Notes under the pieces: model-generated
What the model was told of the DNA's origin: nothing
Database searches by the model: none
The model's input: the letters and a program-made list of their open reading frames with translations, nothing else
From: Anaerolineae bacterium
Lineage (GTDB): Bacteria > Chloroflexota > Anaerolineae > UBA1429
Assembly: GCA_963675785.1 (NCBI GenBank)
Contig: OY776562.1
Span: forward strand, 1,216,001-1,280,000
DNA length: 64,000 nt
Direction of reading: 5' to 3'
Shown here: positions 37,087 to 47,102 of the stretch, piece by piece
Position numbering within the stretch: the first letter of the stretch is position 1
How the letters are laid out: every line of letters starts with the position of its first letter
Made by a program: the position numbers and the translations under genes

Positions 37087-39169
37087 GGGCGTTTTCCTCC
37101 ATATCCACAGCTTTGATCTGATGATCCAATGAGCAAAGCAAGGTGCGATCGGGCACGCGTAATACACGCCCCTCAAAAGGTATCAATTCGGCACCATCAG
37201 CAGGAGGCTCCCCCGGCCGCTCATTTCTGGGTATTACGGTACGCGTGTACAGTTCGACATCCAGCACATGCTGGACGCCCGGCACTCTTTGGATCAAAGA
37301 ATATATCTCGGCCGAGTAAAGTGGGCGCTCGTATGGCCATCCATCCCAATGCTCGGGAAGCATATCATCTTGTTCACCGCCAATGGCCAGCGGCGTCAAG
37401 AACGATCGCAATCTGGCGACGACACGCGCCTCGACGGTGTGGGGATCAAGATAGGGATCGGGCACAATCTGTGCATGAACTTCGACGCCCAAATAATCCG
37501 GTTGGCTCACGCGTACGGATGTGCTCACCAGTCGGTACTCGTCGAGAAAGCGTTCGATCTCGCGAGCCAGCTCTTCATCAACTTGGAGACGTGAGAGATC
37601 GCCAACCTCAAGCGAATCTACGGCAGAGGGCACGATTACAAGCTGGACAGTGCCCACCGAACGCCTGTCTGTACCGCCATCGGTTGCTAGACAGCGCACT
37701 CGAGCTACCCGCCTGGAGGCGCTGCGCGCTAGCTCTTCATAGTCTTCGGCAGTAACAGCGCGGCTCTGGGCACGAAGCTGACGCTGCGCCCGCAACTTGA
37801 GTTCATCCAGTGTTTCGGGATCACGTCCACCCGAAGCACGTACCAGGTTGTTCACACGCGAAACATAAGCCAGCGATGTTGTAAGAGTCTGTAGACTACT
37901 GACAGGCACATTGCCAACCACGCCGCCGCCAGTGCGATAACGAGCTATTGCTATGGTGGCTCTGGCCTCGGGAATTCGCCCATACTGCTGCACGGTGCCA
38001 TCAGGCTGGCGAATGGCTGGCCCAAAGAACACCTCGCCCGTAGCGGTGTCCAGCATTGCATGGCGATCGAACTGATTAGAGCCAGAAAAATCATCAACAA
38101 CCTGCCAGGGCACAGGAACACGTTCCCCCGCCCTGCTTTCCACAACCGTAATCTGCTCGTCTTCAGTCAGATTCAATATGGGGGCATGTTCCAACTGGAA
38201 GGTCTGCCCCGGGTCACCAGAACTCTCGCCAATAACCTCATTGCGCACAACCACCGCGTGGCTAGAAGGAACAGTAGCACCAATACTATAAGCCCTGAGA
38301 CCCCTCACACGAGGAGATTCGTTGTACATACCTTGTTCGGGGCGTCGCTGCTCAATACGGCAGCGAACCCAATAAGCCTCACGTCCACGCACTGCTGTAG
38401 GAGCAAGATCCAAGGGCAGATAAAGCACCAGTCTGCCTTCGGGGTTATTCAAGCCGCCTGTCGTGTCTCGTTCACCAACTCTTGTGCTAGGTGGTAATTC
38501 GATCCATTCTCCGCTCGCTGTGGCACATTCCCACACCCATGGCGGGTCTTCACGGCGAATACCGACGGCCTGTGTCTGGGCACAGGTGAACTGAAGTTGC
38601 AACAAGTGGCCGCGAATATCGCGGTCTGTATCAAAGCCCAGGTAAAAAGTATTGCCTGGCTTGGTTTTATCATCAAAGACCAGGCAGGGTGACAAGGCCA
38701 GCCGCGGATAATAGTTCTTTTCGAAATCAGATTCGCGACGCAGCTGAGTCAGATGAGGAGCAACAATGGTAAGATCTCGGTCGGTAGAAAAAGTCACCGG
38801 CTCAGATTCGCTGGCCGCATCCGCCATGATCTCGGTGCTGTATGGTACCAGCACTCGACCCTCTTCTTCTTCACTGAGCGGCAGCGATGTAGATAGCCAA
38901 ATAGTCAGTTCAGTATGCGCACTACTGGCAGGGCGCCTTTGCACGCCCAACAGCTCTAGAAACTTGATGTACGCCCGTTCCGGAATTTGGTTCATCCGGT
39001 AGACCATGAGCTCTGTCATCCAGCTAAATAGCTCGATGAGAGTAATGCCAGGATCGCTCAGGTTATAATCGGTCCAGTCAGGGCAGTAGGTAATGATGCG
39101 CCGACGCGCTTCATCCACCAGATCACGCTGGAATCTCAGATCATCCAGGTTAGGCGATGGCAATGACAT
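37079..39169 (-). CDS. Baseplate J-like assembly protein (Afp11/Pvc11-like)
   Basis: LPSPNLDD.RF, CPDWTDYNLSDPGITLIELF, FG....G.IP, GGRDPET, RAVTAEDYE. Confidence 0.92.
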   Translation of the reverse strand: MSLPSPNLDDLRFQRDLVDEARRRIITYCPDWTDYNLSDPGITLIELFSWMTELMVYRMNQIPERAYIKFLELLGVQRRPASSAHTELTIWLSTSLPLSEEEEGRVLVPYSTEIMADAASESEPVTFSTDRDLTIVAPHLTQLRRESDFEKNYYPRLALSPCLVFDDKTKPGNTFYLGFDTDRDIRGHLLQLQFTCAQTQAVGIRREDPPWVWECATASGEWIELPPSTRVGERDTTGGLNNPEGRLVLYLPLDLAPTAVRGREAYWVRCRIEQRRPEQGMYNESPRVRGLRAYSIGATVPSSHAVVVRNEVIGESSGDPGQTFQLEHAPILNLTEDEQITVVESRAGERVPVPWQVVDDFSGSNQFDRHAMLDTATGEVFFGPAIRQPDGTVQQYGRIPEARATIAIARYRTGGGVVGNVPVSSLQTLTTSLAYVSRVNNLVRASGGRDPETLDELKLRAQRQLRAQSRAVTAEDYEELARSASRRVARVRCLATDGGTDRRSVGTVQLVIVPSAVDSLEVGDLSRLQVDEELAREIERFLDEYRLVSTSVRVSQPDYLGVEVHAQIVPDPYLDPHTVEARVVARLRSFLTPLAIGGEQDDMLPEHWDGWPYERPLYSAEIYSLIQRVPGVQHVLDVELYTRTVIPRNERPGEPPADGAELIPFEGRVLRVPDRTLLCSLDHQIKAVDMEENAHA

Positions 39170-39198
39170 GAGCTACTCCTCTACCGCCAAGAATGTTA

Positions 39199-39615
39199 TC
39201 ACCAGTCCTCGGCCCCTTCGATGAAGAATGGATAGACGATACTCCGTTCATCGTGTGTGGCTTTGATCTGGTATTCGACTTCAACGTACAGGCCTCCATC
39301 AAGGCCATCTTCCATGCTAACATTTACTGCGAGTACATCAATACGCGGTTCCCACATCGCCAAAGCTTCTGCCACATATTGCTGCATGAGAGCTTCAGTT
39401 TGGGCGTTGCGCGGTGCGAACAACAGATCATGGGCACGACAGCCAAACTCGGGACGCATCACACGCTCGCCTGGCCGTGTACTCAGGATAATGCGAATAG
39501 ACTCGGCAATATCCTGTTCCGGGGAGGTCAAGGCAAGTCCACCGCGAGGATCCAGCCGCAATGGAAAGCCGATTCCCCGACCCAAAAAGGCCTGTCTGTC
39601 GGTTGTGTTGCTCAT
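39199..39615 (-). CDS. GPW/gp25 baseplate protein (Afp9-like)
   Basis: FLGRG..FP, IILSTRPGERVMRPEFGC, WEPRI, VYPF. Confidence 0.93.
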   Translation of the reverse strand: MSNTTDRQAFLGRGIGFPLRLDPRGGLALTSPEQDIAESIRIILSTRPGERVMRPEFGCRAHDLLFAPRNAQTEALMQQYVAEALAMWEPRIDVLAVNVSMEDGLDGGLYVEVEYQIKATHDERSIVYPFFIEGAEDW

Positions 39616-39616
39616 A

Positions 39617-39907
39617 TCAACCACCAATCAGCACAGTGGCTGCAGGCGTAGGCGCAACCACCGTTGTGAGCGGAACACCGGTAATAGTGTTAACGCCAGT
39701 ACACTGACTGGTTGTTCTGGCCGCCGGACGACCACCAATGAGCACGGTCATACTGCCCATGGTGATGGCTCCTGTAAAAACTGCACCCGCAATCATATCA
39801 CCCACGACACTAGCGGGCATGTTAGCAATGAGCACTGTTGGTACACCGGGGCCGCTAATCGCATCGCCTGTTACTGTGAGATCGCCTACACGTGCTGCTG
39901 GAAACAT
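39617..39907 (-). CDS. PAAR spike-tip protein
   Basis: PAARVGD, PASVVGD, TVLIGGRPAAR, TVLIGG. Confidence 0.9.
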   Translation of the reverse strand: MFPAARVGDLTVTGDAISGPGVPTVLIANMPASVVGDMIAGAVFTGAITMGSMTVLIGGRPAARTTSQCTGVNTITGVPLTTVVAPTPAATVLIGG

Positions 39908-39915
39908 GGTTTCTC

Positions 39916-41841
39916 CTAATTGATCTTTACCAAGGTACCTTGGAGTTGAGCGATGCCCGAACTCTTGAGTGCCAGCATACCTTGAGCCGCTATTTCAGCC
40001 TGAGCCTGTGCTGCTATCTTGACTTGAACACTCTTGATCTCGACCTTGGTGCTACCCTCCAAAGCCAGTTGCATACCTTTGAGTGAGGCATTGCTCGTTG
40101 CCTCCATGGTCAACTTGCTTTGTGCCTTGATCGTAGCATTGGCTCCCGTTTCCATGGAAACATCGCCTTTGGCTTTGAGAATGAGCTTCCCGCCAGCGTC
40201 GAGTGTCAGATCGCCGTCGGAGACAATAGTCACCGAGTTATCGCTGCAATTCAAAGTGATGCTGTTCTTGCCCGTTTTGTCCTTGATGACGATGTTCTCT
40301 TTGCCGTCGGTATCATCCAGCACAATGAGATGTCCAGTACGTGAGCGAATAATGCGTTGGGCCACCGTCTTTTTGTCTGAACCAAGCGGTGAGCTAGTGG
40401 TACCCTCAGGCGGCTTGTCTTTATTATTCCAAAGCACCCCCACGATATAGGGGCAGTTCACATCACCATGCTCAAAAGCCACAAGTACTTCGTCATCTAT
40501 TTCGGGCAAAAAGTAAATGCCGCGTTCCTTGCCCCCCATACCTGTGGCCAGCCGTGCCCAGTTGCTGGCCAATTCGGCATCCTTGTATTTTGGTAGCCAG
40601 CCAAACGCAACCCGCACTCTGCCCAGATTCTCCGGATCCTCAATGCTGGTTACCTTGGCAGTTACGACGCCATCTATTCCTTGCTCAGTAGGAGTCCCCC
40701 CATTCAAAAGAAAGCTCAGCGTCTCGGGATTACGACCCGTTACAGCAAAGGAGACTTTATACGAACCTCTGCTCCAAAGATGTCGTGCATGAGTCACATA
40801 GTAGGTGCCAGCAAAACGAGAACCAACCCCCGCGATCTCTACTTGCCGCCCGGCAATCAATCGAGGATCTCCCTGGCGACAAGCACCATCTGCACGAATA
40901 TACTCGCTCTCGGCGCGGGCCAAGAGTGCTAGAGCCATAGCCTTGGCCTCGTCAATCGAACTGACCGGTGTAGCTACTTCTACAGATTCCGCTTCGCTGG
41001 AAAAGGCTGTTTTTGCTGCTGCACTGCCTTTAGCTGTCCAGCCCGTAGTAGGAATTGTGTTGCTGCTATCGCTCGTGGCAGTTCCCTGAATGGCAGACTT
41101 TTTGCTCGCATCCCACCCATAGACGTTGCCTTTTTGCACTTGATCCATTAATGAAAGCCGTGGATTGAATTCACTCAGATTAATTGGCCAAGTAAGAGTT
41201 CCAGGTTTATCGGATGCGGTGCCGCGATGAGCATCGGCTTTATGAAAATAGATTTTCTTTTCGTCGACATAGATTTGGTAACCAACTGCTCTAGCACGCG
41301 CCCATAGGAATTCATAATCCGTTTGGTTGTACTGCATCACATAATGATACTTGATGCTCGATATCCCACTGGTATCAATGTCGCTGCTGAGACCATCTTC
41401 ACCAGCGATCGTTTTTACGATCTGATCTAAACCGACCCCCGAACCATTAGGGTTGCCATCGCCATATGTGCGCGTCTTTTGGCCTTGCGTTAATCGGTGC
41501 GCCAGGTCATACCCACGAACCTGCAAGATCGGTACCCCATCGGCAGAAAAGCTGGGTTCGATGGCCGTAATCTCACCAAAAATGATCTGTGCTGAGATGG
41601 CCGAATCGACATCAGGAAGCTGGTCGGTCTCGATCTCTATCTTGCACTCGGTGCCCAGCTTGATGACCTCATCCGAATCGGCGTATTTGAGCTTGCCACT
41701 TTCAGGATCCAATTCATCCTTGACCAGCAAGCTGAACATGGCCGGCATGTACAAGTCGGTATCTACCACTGCCTCGATCAAATCGATTTCAAGGTCATCC
41801 GCACGTTTTTTATTAATTGTAATACTGATGTTTTCGGGCAC
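39916..41841 (-). CDS. VgrG-like hub/spike protein (Afp8-like)
   Basis: QYNQTDYEFL..RA, DPENLGRVRV, WAR, FLPEIDDEVLVAFEHGD..PYIVG.LWN, beta-helical C-terminus. Confidence 0.93.
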   Translation of the reverse strand: MPENISITINKKRADDLEIDLIEAVVDTDLYMPAMFSLLVKDELDPESGKLKYADSDEVIKLGTECKIEIETDQLPDVDSAISAQIIFGEITAIEPSFSADGVPILQVRGYDLAHRLTQGQKTRTYGDGNPNGSGVGLDQIVKTIAGEDGLSSDIDTSGISSIKYHYVMQYNQTDYEFLWARARAVGYQIYVDEKKIYFHKADAHRGTASDKPGTLTWPINLSEFNPRLSLMDQVQKGNVYGWDASKKSAIQGTATSDSSNTIPTTGWTAKGSAAAKTAFSSEAESVEVATPVSSIDEAKAMALALLARAESEYIRADGACRQGDPRLIAGRQVEIAGVGSRFAGTYYVTHARHLWSRGSYKVSFAVTGRNPETLSFLLNGGTPTEQGIDGVVTAKVTSIEDPENLGRVRVAFGWLPKYKDAELASNWARLATGMGGKERGIYFLPEIDDEVLVAFEHGDVNCPYIVGVLWNNKDKPPEGTTSSPLGSDKKTVAQRIIRSRTGHLIVLDDTDGKENIVIKDKTGKNSITLNCSDNSVTIVSDGDLTLDAGGKLILKAKGDVSMETGANATIKAQSKLTMEATSNASLKGMQLALEGSTKVEIKSVQVKIAAQAQAEIAAQGMLALKSSGIAQLQGTLVKIN

Positions 41842-41859
41842 TTGAACCTTCTCCCGCCT

Positions 41860-42573
41860 TTAAGGCAGTTTCGGTACAACCAACACCTGACCCGGCGTTA
41901 GCGTAAAGGGATCGATGATACCGTTTTGTTCTGCCAGAAACCGCCAGTGCGAAGGATGACCGTATTCCTCGTAAGCGATCTGATCCAGACGATCCCCGGC
42001 CAGCACAACGCGTGTACGGCGTGCCTCAGTTCGCGACGTTGGGTTCTGTCGCCTAGTAAAATCGTCGTTATCGTCGAACTGCTGCAGGCTAACATCGGCC
42101 TGAGCGCGAACTGGCGTGCCATCGGCCAGAAATAGGGTGTACGAAATCTCGACCGACGTAACCACCGCCAGGAACATAAAGAACTTGCCCCACTGCAACT
42201 GCACCCGTGGGGGTGGCAGTCGCTGAGCGATGGGCCCTTGCAGCATAACCAGTTTGAGGAGCTGTTGCGTGTAACCTCGCACATCTTTACTGCCGGTCGT
42301 TTCGCGTGTTGTATCAAAGTAGAGTGTCAGACTGTACTCGGCCGGCTTGCCTCCGCCAAAGTCCAGGTCAGGCGAGTTGCGTGCGGGAACTAGTTTGTCT
42401 GGCGTAGACCAGTCCACCTCTTTTTTGACCTTGACCTCGCTTGGATTGAACTGGCAATCCAAGCTCACATACCTGGCGTCGGATGTGGGTAGCGGATCAC
42501 CATTGGCTTTGACGGTGATCAATTTGGCAGCTACCTGACTAGTAGGCAATTTTGATGCAAAGGGATCTAGCAT
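41860..42573 (-). CDS. LysM-containing CIS tube initiator (Afp7-like)
   Basis: QFNPSE, L.FDT, PPRV..QWG, F..DGTPVRA, QNPT, LysM GDRLDQIAYEEYG...WR.LA..N. Confidence 0.92.
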   Translation of the reverse strand: MLDPFASKLPTSQVAAKLITVKANGDPLPTSDARYVSLDCQFNPSEVKVKKEVDWSTPDKLVPARNSPDLDFGGGKPAEYSLTLYFDTTRETTGSKDVRGYTQQLLKLVMLQGPIAQRLPPPRVQLQWGKFFMFLAVVTSVEISYTLFLADGTPVRAQADVSLQQFDDNDDFTRRQNPTSRTEARRTRVVLAGDRLDQIAYEEYGHPSHWRFLAEQNGIIDPFTLTPGQVLVVPKLP

Positions 42574-42581
42574 TTCTTACC

Positions 42582-45500
42582 TCATCTACCGCCCGGACGG
42601 CGTTCCTTCTCAATGACCAACATCCGCTTCAAGTGTGGATAGACGCGCCGGGCCAGATCTGCATAATCGATCTCTTCTTCAACGGCATCAGCAACAGAAA
42701 CAGCGGCTGCTTTGCGCTGTATGACTTGCTGTGCGGCATGTGCCGGCAATCTGTGAGTTACGCTTCCAGATTTAGGTTCGGAACGTTCCTGATCTTCTTT
42801 GTTGAGCTTGGGCAACCGAACCAGTGGCATGGGTTCTGCCGTTCGCCCGGGGCGAGCGGCGCTTTTTCGCGAGCGTAGGCGATTCGTACTCGCGGTTCTG
42901 CCCCCCAAACCTGGCTTTTCAGAGCCGGTATCTTGCGATATGCTCTTGTGGCGGCCCGTAATACGCTGCACCAGCTCTTCAGTTGGCGAAAAGCTTTCTC
43001 TATCGGGAGTCTCCTTGATGTTGGCAGGAGTCACCATCGCCGATATCTTGTGGGCCTGTTCTCTGGCGCGGCGGCTGGTGCGAGGTACAAATGGAACGGC
43101 GGCCGCTGCTTCTACCTCTTGCCCCCCCGGTCGAGCAACCTTTTCCTTTGGTTGCTCTTGACGGGCCGAATCGGCAACGCTCTTTTCGGATTCAGGATGC
43201 TCTGACGCCCGCGTCAGTGGTGGTTGTGATGCTAACGCCCTATCAGATGGCGTTGTGCTGGCAGACGTAGACTGTGCTGTTGTTGGTGTCTCGCCAGTGC
43301 CTGGTTTGTTCACTTTTGGTATGCCAGGAACCTCGGCGGCACTCTTGGCAGCCTCAATCCGATCCGGAGCAGATGCACTCTCGACCGACGGTGTGGCTTC
43401 CTTGCGCTGAACGGGCTGTTGTTCCGTCGAGCCCACAGGTTCGGGTGCCGTCTGTGGCAGCCATCGCTGCCGACTTGATGGCTTATGCACCAGCGGCAAA
43501 GCTGGTCGAATAGATGAGACGCTCTCCGAAGGTGGCTGCTTTTCAACGAGAGGTGGTGTTTTTTTCTTGGGTGGCAGCAAAAGTTCCTCGCCAACTTGAG
43601 ATGCCGCTGACTTGGGTTCAACTGCCGATTCTGTTGGAGCTTGCTCTGGGGTGCTCTTAGGTGCAGCCTGCGTCGAGTCCTCTGTAGTTGCCTTGCGCTG
43701 AATTGCCAAAGGCATCTCGGAGGAATCTGCTTCGATGGGCGCTTTTTCACTATCGGGAGTAGTTGGCACCGCAGGCCGAATTGCTTTGCCTGGTTGTGCT
43801 GCGTCTATACCAGATTGTGCTGTGCTATCTTCTGATACCTTACGCTGAATGGGGGCATCCGCCATGGACGGCCCTGTACCAGCGGGCTTTGGTGCAGGAA
43901 TTACCGGTTGGGTCATTTCACCTGTTCCTGCAGAATCCGAAGCAGATTGCATCGGAATCTCTTTCGCAGGCTTGCGCTGAATTGGTAAATCAACCGTAGG
44001 CGATTTCGCTGCTGCGTCGCTAGCAGATGGCGTCCGTTGAGTCTCTATTCTGCTAATTGGTGTGCCTGTCCCAGCAGACTCGGGCTGGCTTGCATCTGGA
44101 TGTGATACGTCCGGGCGCGTCTGGCGAAGCGGCATATCTTTATCACCTGCAACAGAGGGAACGTCTGCAGGTGCTTTATCGGCCGGTTCGGCTCGATAGT
44201 CCGCTGATAGCGCAGAAACCGCATCTTTAGCAGGTGTCGCTGTGCGGCGATCCGCCTTGGTAGGTTCTTCAGAAGGGGTGCGATCTGATATGCGAGAACT
44301 CTCGACAGCAGGCTGCTGTTCTGGCGCATCATGCTTTGCTGGTGCAGCCTTGCGCTGAATGACTGTTTCAGCCGCAGCATTCGGCGCCTTATCCGGGACA
44401 GGTATGCTGGCAGGCGCTTCAACCCGACTTGTCGTCGATCGCTCTTGTCTGTCAGATACCGGCGTCTCGCTCTCTTTGGTCAATGTTGGTTGCGCCGACC
44501 GCGATGACACAGGCTCAACGGCAGGAGAGGGCGTTAAAGCGGCTTCATGTGCCGCTGAACGCTCGTCGGCGCGGCTTCTTTTGGCCTGTACTATCGGCAT
44601 ATCCGTTGGTTCAATAGCAGAGGGCTCGGACAAAGCGGCGGGCTTATCCAGCGCAACTGAGCGCTCTGCAGCAGTTTTGCTATCAGTAATGAGCTGCCTG
44701 AGCCGCTTAGGCGCATTAGTAGGCGCCTCAGGAACTATACGAGCCGGTTGCGAGGTTGCTGAATCCTCAGCACGCTTGGGTTCCGTCTCAGCAGGTATCT
44801 CTGCAGACACACGTGACTGTGTAGTCTCAGAAGACTGTCGCGGCGTGTGCAGTGGCAAAGTTTCGGGCATCTCTGAAAAAGGCTCGGCGGGCGTGCCCGA
44901 TATTCTGCTGGACTCTTCTTTGCGCTGTATCGGCTCTTGAGAAACTGGGCTAGCTGGCGGTGACGTAACAGACTGTGAAGCTGTTTGTGTTGGCCTCGCC
45001 GGCGCGGGGGTTGTTTCAGAAGCCGGTACAGCGCGTCGGTCGGGCACAGAATCTCTTGCTGCCAGGGCCGCAGTTTCTCGTGATTGATGCTCTTCTTGCG
45101 CAGACGTCGTGCTAGCATCCCGCGGCATTGGTGCGGGCATTGGTTTTGCGGTAGATGATAGCTCCGTGTCAGCAGCTTCTGTAGGTGCAGGCCTGACTGG
45201 AGATGCCTCGTGTTGCTCGACTCGTCGCTGTACAGACGCGTCGACCTTACGCTGAGCTACATCGGGCTGGCTGGTCGTATCCGCCACCGGCTCGCTTGGC
45301 GTTTGCGGCGTTGCAGTCTTGGGCTTGGCAGGCGCATCATCTTTTACAGAAACCTGCGGCGGAGGTGCAGATGTTTCCCTGCTTGCCCGCGATACAGAAG
45401 ATGCCGCCTCAGAACCAGCGGCTCCTTCCTGCACACGTGAAAACACTCGCGAACCAGGACGGTGTACCGGCCGATGCTGCGCCGCTTGACGTTTTGATCC

Positions 45501-46007
45501 CTGTGGATTTTTCGACATGGGCAGAATAATGGTGCCGGGGCCCATGGCTCCCTGTGTCGAAGACGGTGTGCTTGGGGGAGACGCTACCGGTGGTTCGGCA
45601 TGAGGAAGTGTGCCCCCAACAGGCGGAATGGCTTGCCCGGATGCAAAAATGCTGGGGCCCCGCATTATATTCTCTTGCGAGGGGGCAGCATCCAACGCAC
45701 TCTGCGCCAGTGTGAGGTCTGCCTGACCAGTAGGACGCTGTTGTTCAGCACTCCGTCCCTTGTGCCGCATCCTGACGCGGCGAGCCAGATCATGCGAGTG
45801 TTCTACACGCTGCCTCAAGGCCGCGCTCTTTGCTGAAGAGCGGCGAAGCGGCGAATTCCCTGTACCCACCATCGTACGATCCGCCGCCGTCTGCAATCGG
45901 CGCACGATTTTTTGAGTGGCAGGTGCAGCCAAACCGCCAACATGCTGAAGGGAGCGCGGTTTCCATGGTTTTAGATTGTCAGTGGTGCGCGTCTCGTCGT
46001 CTGCCAT
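42582..46007 (-). CDS. 1141-aa Pro/Ser/Ala/Thr-rich CIS protein with recurrent QRK motifs and conserved C-terminal helix (tape-measure/lumen candidate)
   Basis: Low complexity; many (I/V/A)QRK motifs; C-terminal IDYADLARRVY..L...L.IEKER; lies between tube and LysM genes. Confidence 0.6.
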   Translation of the reverse strand: MADDETRTTDNLKPWKPRSLQHVGGLAAPATQKIVRRLQTAADRTMVGTGNSPLRRSSAKSAALRQRVEHSHDLARRVRMRHKGRSAEQQRPTGQADLTLAQSALDAAPSQENIMRGPSIFASGQAIPPVGGTLPHAEPPVASPPSTPSSTQGAMGPGTIILPMSKNPQGSKRQAAQHRPVHRPGSRVFSRVQEGAAGSEAASSVSRASRETSAPPPQVSVKDDAPAKPKTATPQTPSEPVADTTSQPDVAQRKVDASVQRRVEQHEASPVRPAPTEAADTELSSTAKPMPAPMPRDASTTSAQEEHQSRETAALAARDSVPDRRAVPASETTPAPARPTQTASQSVTSPPASPVSQEPIQRKEESSRISGTPAEPFSEMPETLPLHTPRQSSETTQSRVSAEIPAETEPKRAEDSATSQPARIVPEAPTNAPKRLRQLITDSKTAAERSVALDKPAALSEPSAIEPTDMPIVQAKRSRADERSAAHEAALTPSPAVEPVSSRSAQPTLTKESETPVSDRQERSTTSRVEAPASIPVPDKAPNAAAETVIQRKAAPAKHDAPEQQPAVESSRISDRTPSEEPTKADRRTATPAKDAVSALSADYRAEPADKAPADVPSVAGDKDMPLRQTRPDVSHPDASQPESAGTGTPISRIETQRTPSASDAAAKSPTVDLPIQRKPAKEIPMQSASDSAGTGEMTQPVIPAPKPAGTGPSMADAPIQRKVSEDSTAQSGIDAAQPGKAIRPAVPTTPDSEKAPIEADSSEMPLAIQRKATTEDSTQAAPKSTPEQAPTESAVEPKSAASQVGEELLLPPKKKTPPLVEKQPPSESVSSIRPALPLVHKPSSRQRWLPQTAPEPVGSTEQQPVQRKEATPSVESASAPDRIEAAKSAAEVPGIPKVNKPGTGETPTTAQSTSASTTPSDRALASQPPLTRASEHPESEKSVADSARQEQPKEKVARPGGQEVEAAAAVPFVPRTSRRAREQAHKISAMVTPANIKETPDRESFSPTEELVQRITGRHKSISQDTGSEKPGLGGRTASTNRLRSRKSAARPGRTAEPMPLVRLPKLNKEDQERSEPKSGSVTHRLPAHAAQQVIQRKAAAVSVADAVEEEIDYADLARRVYPHLKRMLVIEKERRPGGR

Positions 46008-46026
46008 GTTCTACTATCATCTCGAG

Positions 46027-46722
46027 CTACATGAACAAATCTGTAGCGCCTGCTGTCAAACTCATGGGTGTACCCGCCTCATAGCTCAGCGTTATGCCAT
46101 GATGTGCGATTTCGAGGGTCTCGATGGCCACGGCCTCACGCTCGGACGAACTGAGGGCAGACATCTCCCATTTAATGGGATAGGCATCCTCCACGTCCCA
46201 ATGCTTGGCTTTGCCATACCCCTTGACGTATCCCCCCAAGGCTCCCCCCGAGACAGCGTTGATCGCTGCCGCAGCGGCATTATGCCCAGGAGCCCCCTGG
46301 ATAATGGAAAAGTTGAGACGTTTGACGTCGAACTCATCCACGCCAGTCTGAAACCAATCCCACAGCACGCGCGATACAGATACCCCGCGAGAAAGGGTGA
46401 TGTTCGAATAGGTGACGCGGCCTGGTAATTTGGTAAGATTCTGATTCTGGCCGCCAACGGTAATTTCTTGAACGTCACGCGAGACACTGAGCCCACTGCA
46501 CTCGGTAAAGAGCCCGACGATTAGGCCGGAGAGCTCGACATAGAATAGGTAGGCCGGTGCAGGATCCAGGCGGATGCCCGTTGCAGCCTGCAACACACGC
46601 AGAGCAGCTAATCCAGCTGAACTCGTCGCGGAAGCGGCCAGGCTATCCAATAGTGAAGCACTCTTCTTTTGCGTGGGCCCGTTTTTGGCCTGTATCTGCT
46701 TGTCAATCAGTCCTAAACTCAC
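46027..46722 (-). CDS. T4 gp19-like tail tube protein 3 (extended)
   Basis: DP..AY.F.VE, FTECSGL, KLPGR..YSNITL.RG, W...AYPIKW, IETLEIAHHG. Confidence 0.88.
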   Translation of the reverse strand: MSLGLIDKQIQAKNGPTQKKSASLLDSLAASATSSAGLAALRVLQAATGIRLDPAPAYLFYVELSGLIVGLFTECSGLSVSRDVQEITVGGQNQNLTKLPGRVTYSNITLSRGVSVSRVLWDWFQTGVDEFDVKRLNFSIIQGAPGHNAAAAAINAVSGGALGGYVKGYGKAKHWDVEDAYPIKWEMSALSSSEREAVAIETLEIAHHGITLSYEAGTPMSLTAGATDLFM

Positions 46723-46723
46723 G

Positions 46724-46915
46724 TTATTTCTCCTGCGTGCCTCTTACGGCGCCGCGTTCGCGCTCTTGCAACGCTTCTGCCACCATTAGCTGATAGAGCT
46801 CGTCGGCCAAACGATCCAAATCAACGCCATCCAATTCCGGTTGTGATTCCAGAATACGTCCCTGGCGATTGACACGATCGGCTGTCAAGGGAACCTTGTC
46901 TGTTGTCTCACTCAT
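46724..46915 (-). CDS. Small CIS protein (63 aa) with DLDRLADELY...ERERG helix
   Basis: Fills the operon gap; C-terminal motif matches the end of the 1141-aa protein. Confidence 0.65.
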   Translation of the reverse strand: MSETTDKVPLTADRVNRQGRILESQPELDGVDLDRLADELYQLMVAEALQERERGAVRGTQEK

Positions 46916-46937
46916 CGTTGGCCAATCCAGTTAACCA

Positions 46938-47102
46938 TCAGCTTGTGCCAGCATTTAGCCTGCGGTTGATCTTGGCGATCTCTTCCACCCATCTGCGCCG
47001 CTGCCGGTGTTCGAGCGTAAGAATATCCATGAGCGGCCAGTGAAAGTAATAAGCGATATAGGCTACCTCTTCGTGCAGGCGTTCTAGGGGGTAGCCTGTC
47101 AT
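46938..47102 (-). CDS. DUF6760-like small protein (54 aa; gpT-like partner of the tail chaperone)
   Basis: Below ORF-track cutoff; MTGYPLERLHEEVAYIAYYFHWPLMDILTLEHRQRRRWVEEIAKINRRLNAGTS; ATGA overlap with the chaperone stop. Confidence 0.82.
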   Translation of the reverse strand: MTGYPLERLHEEVAYIAYYFHWPLMDILTLEHRQRRRWVEEIAKINRRLNAGTS

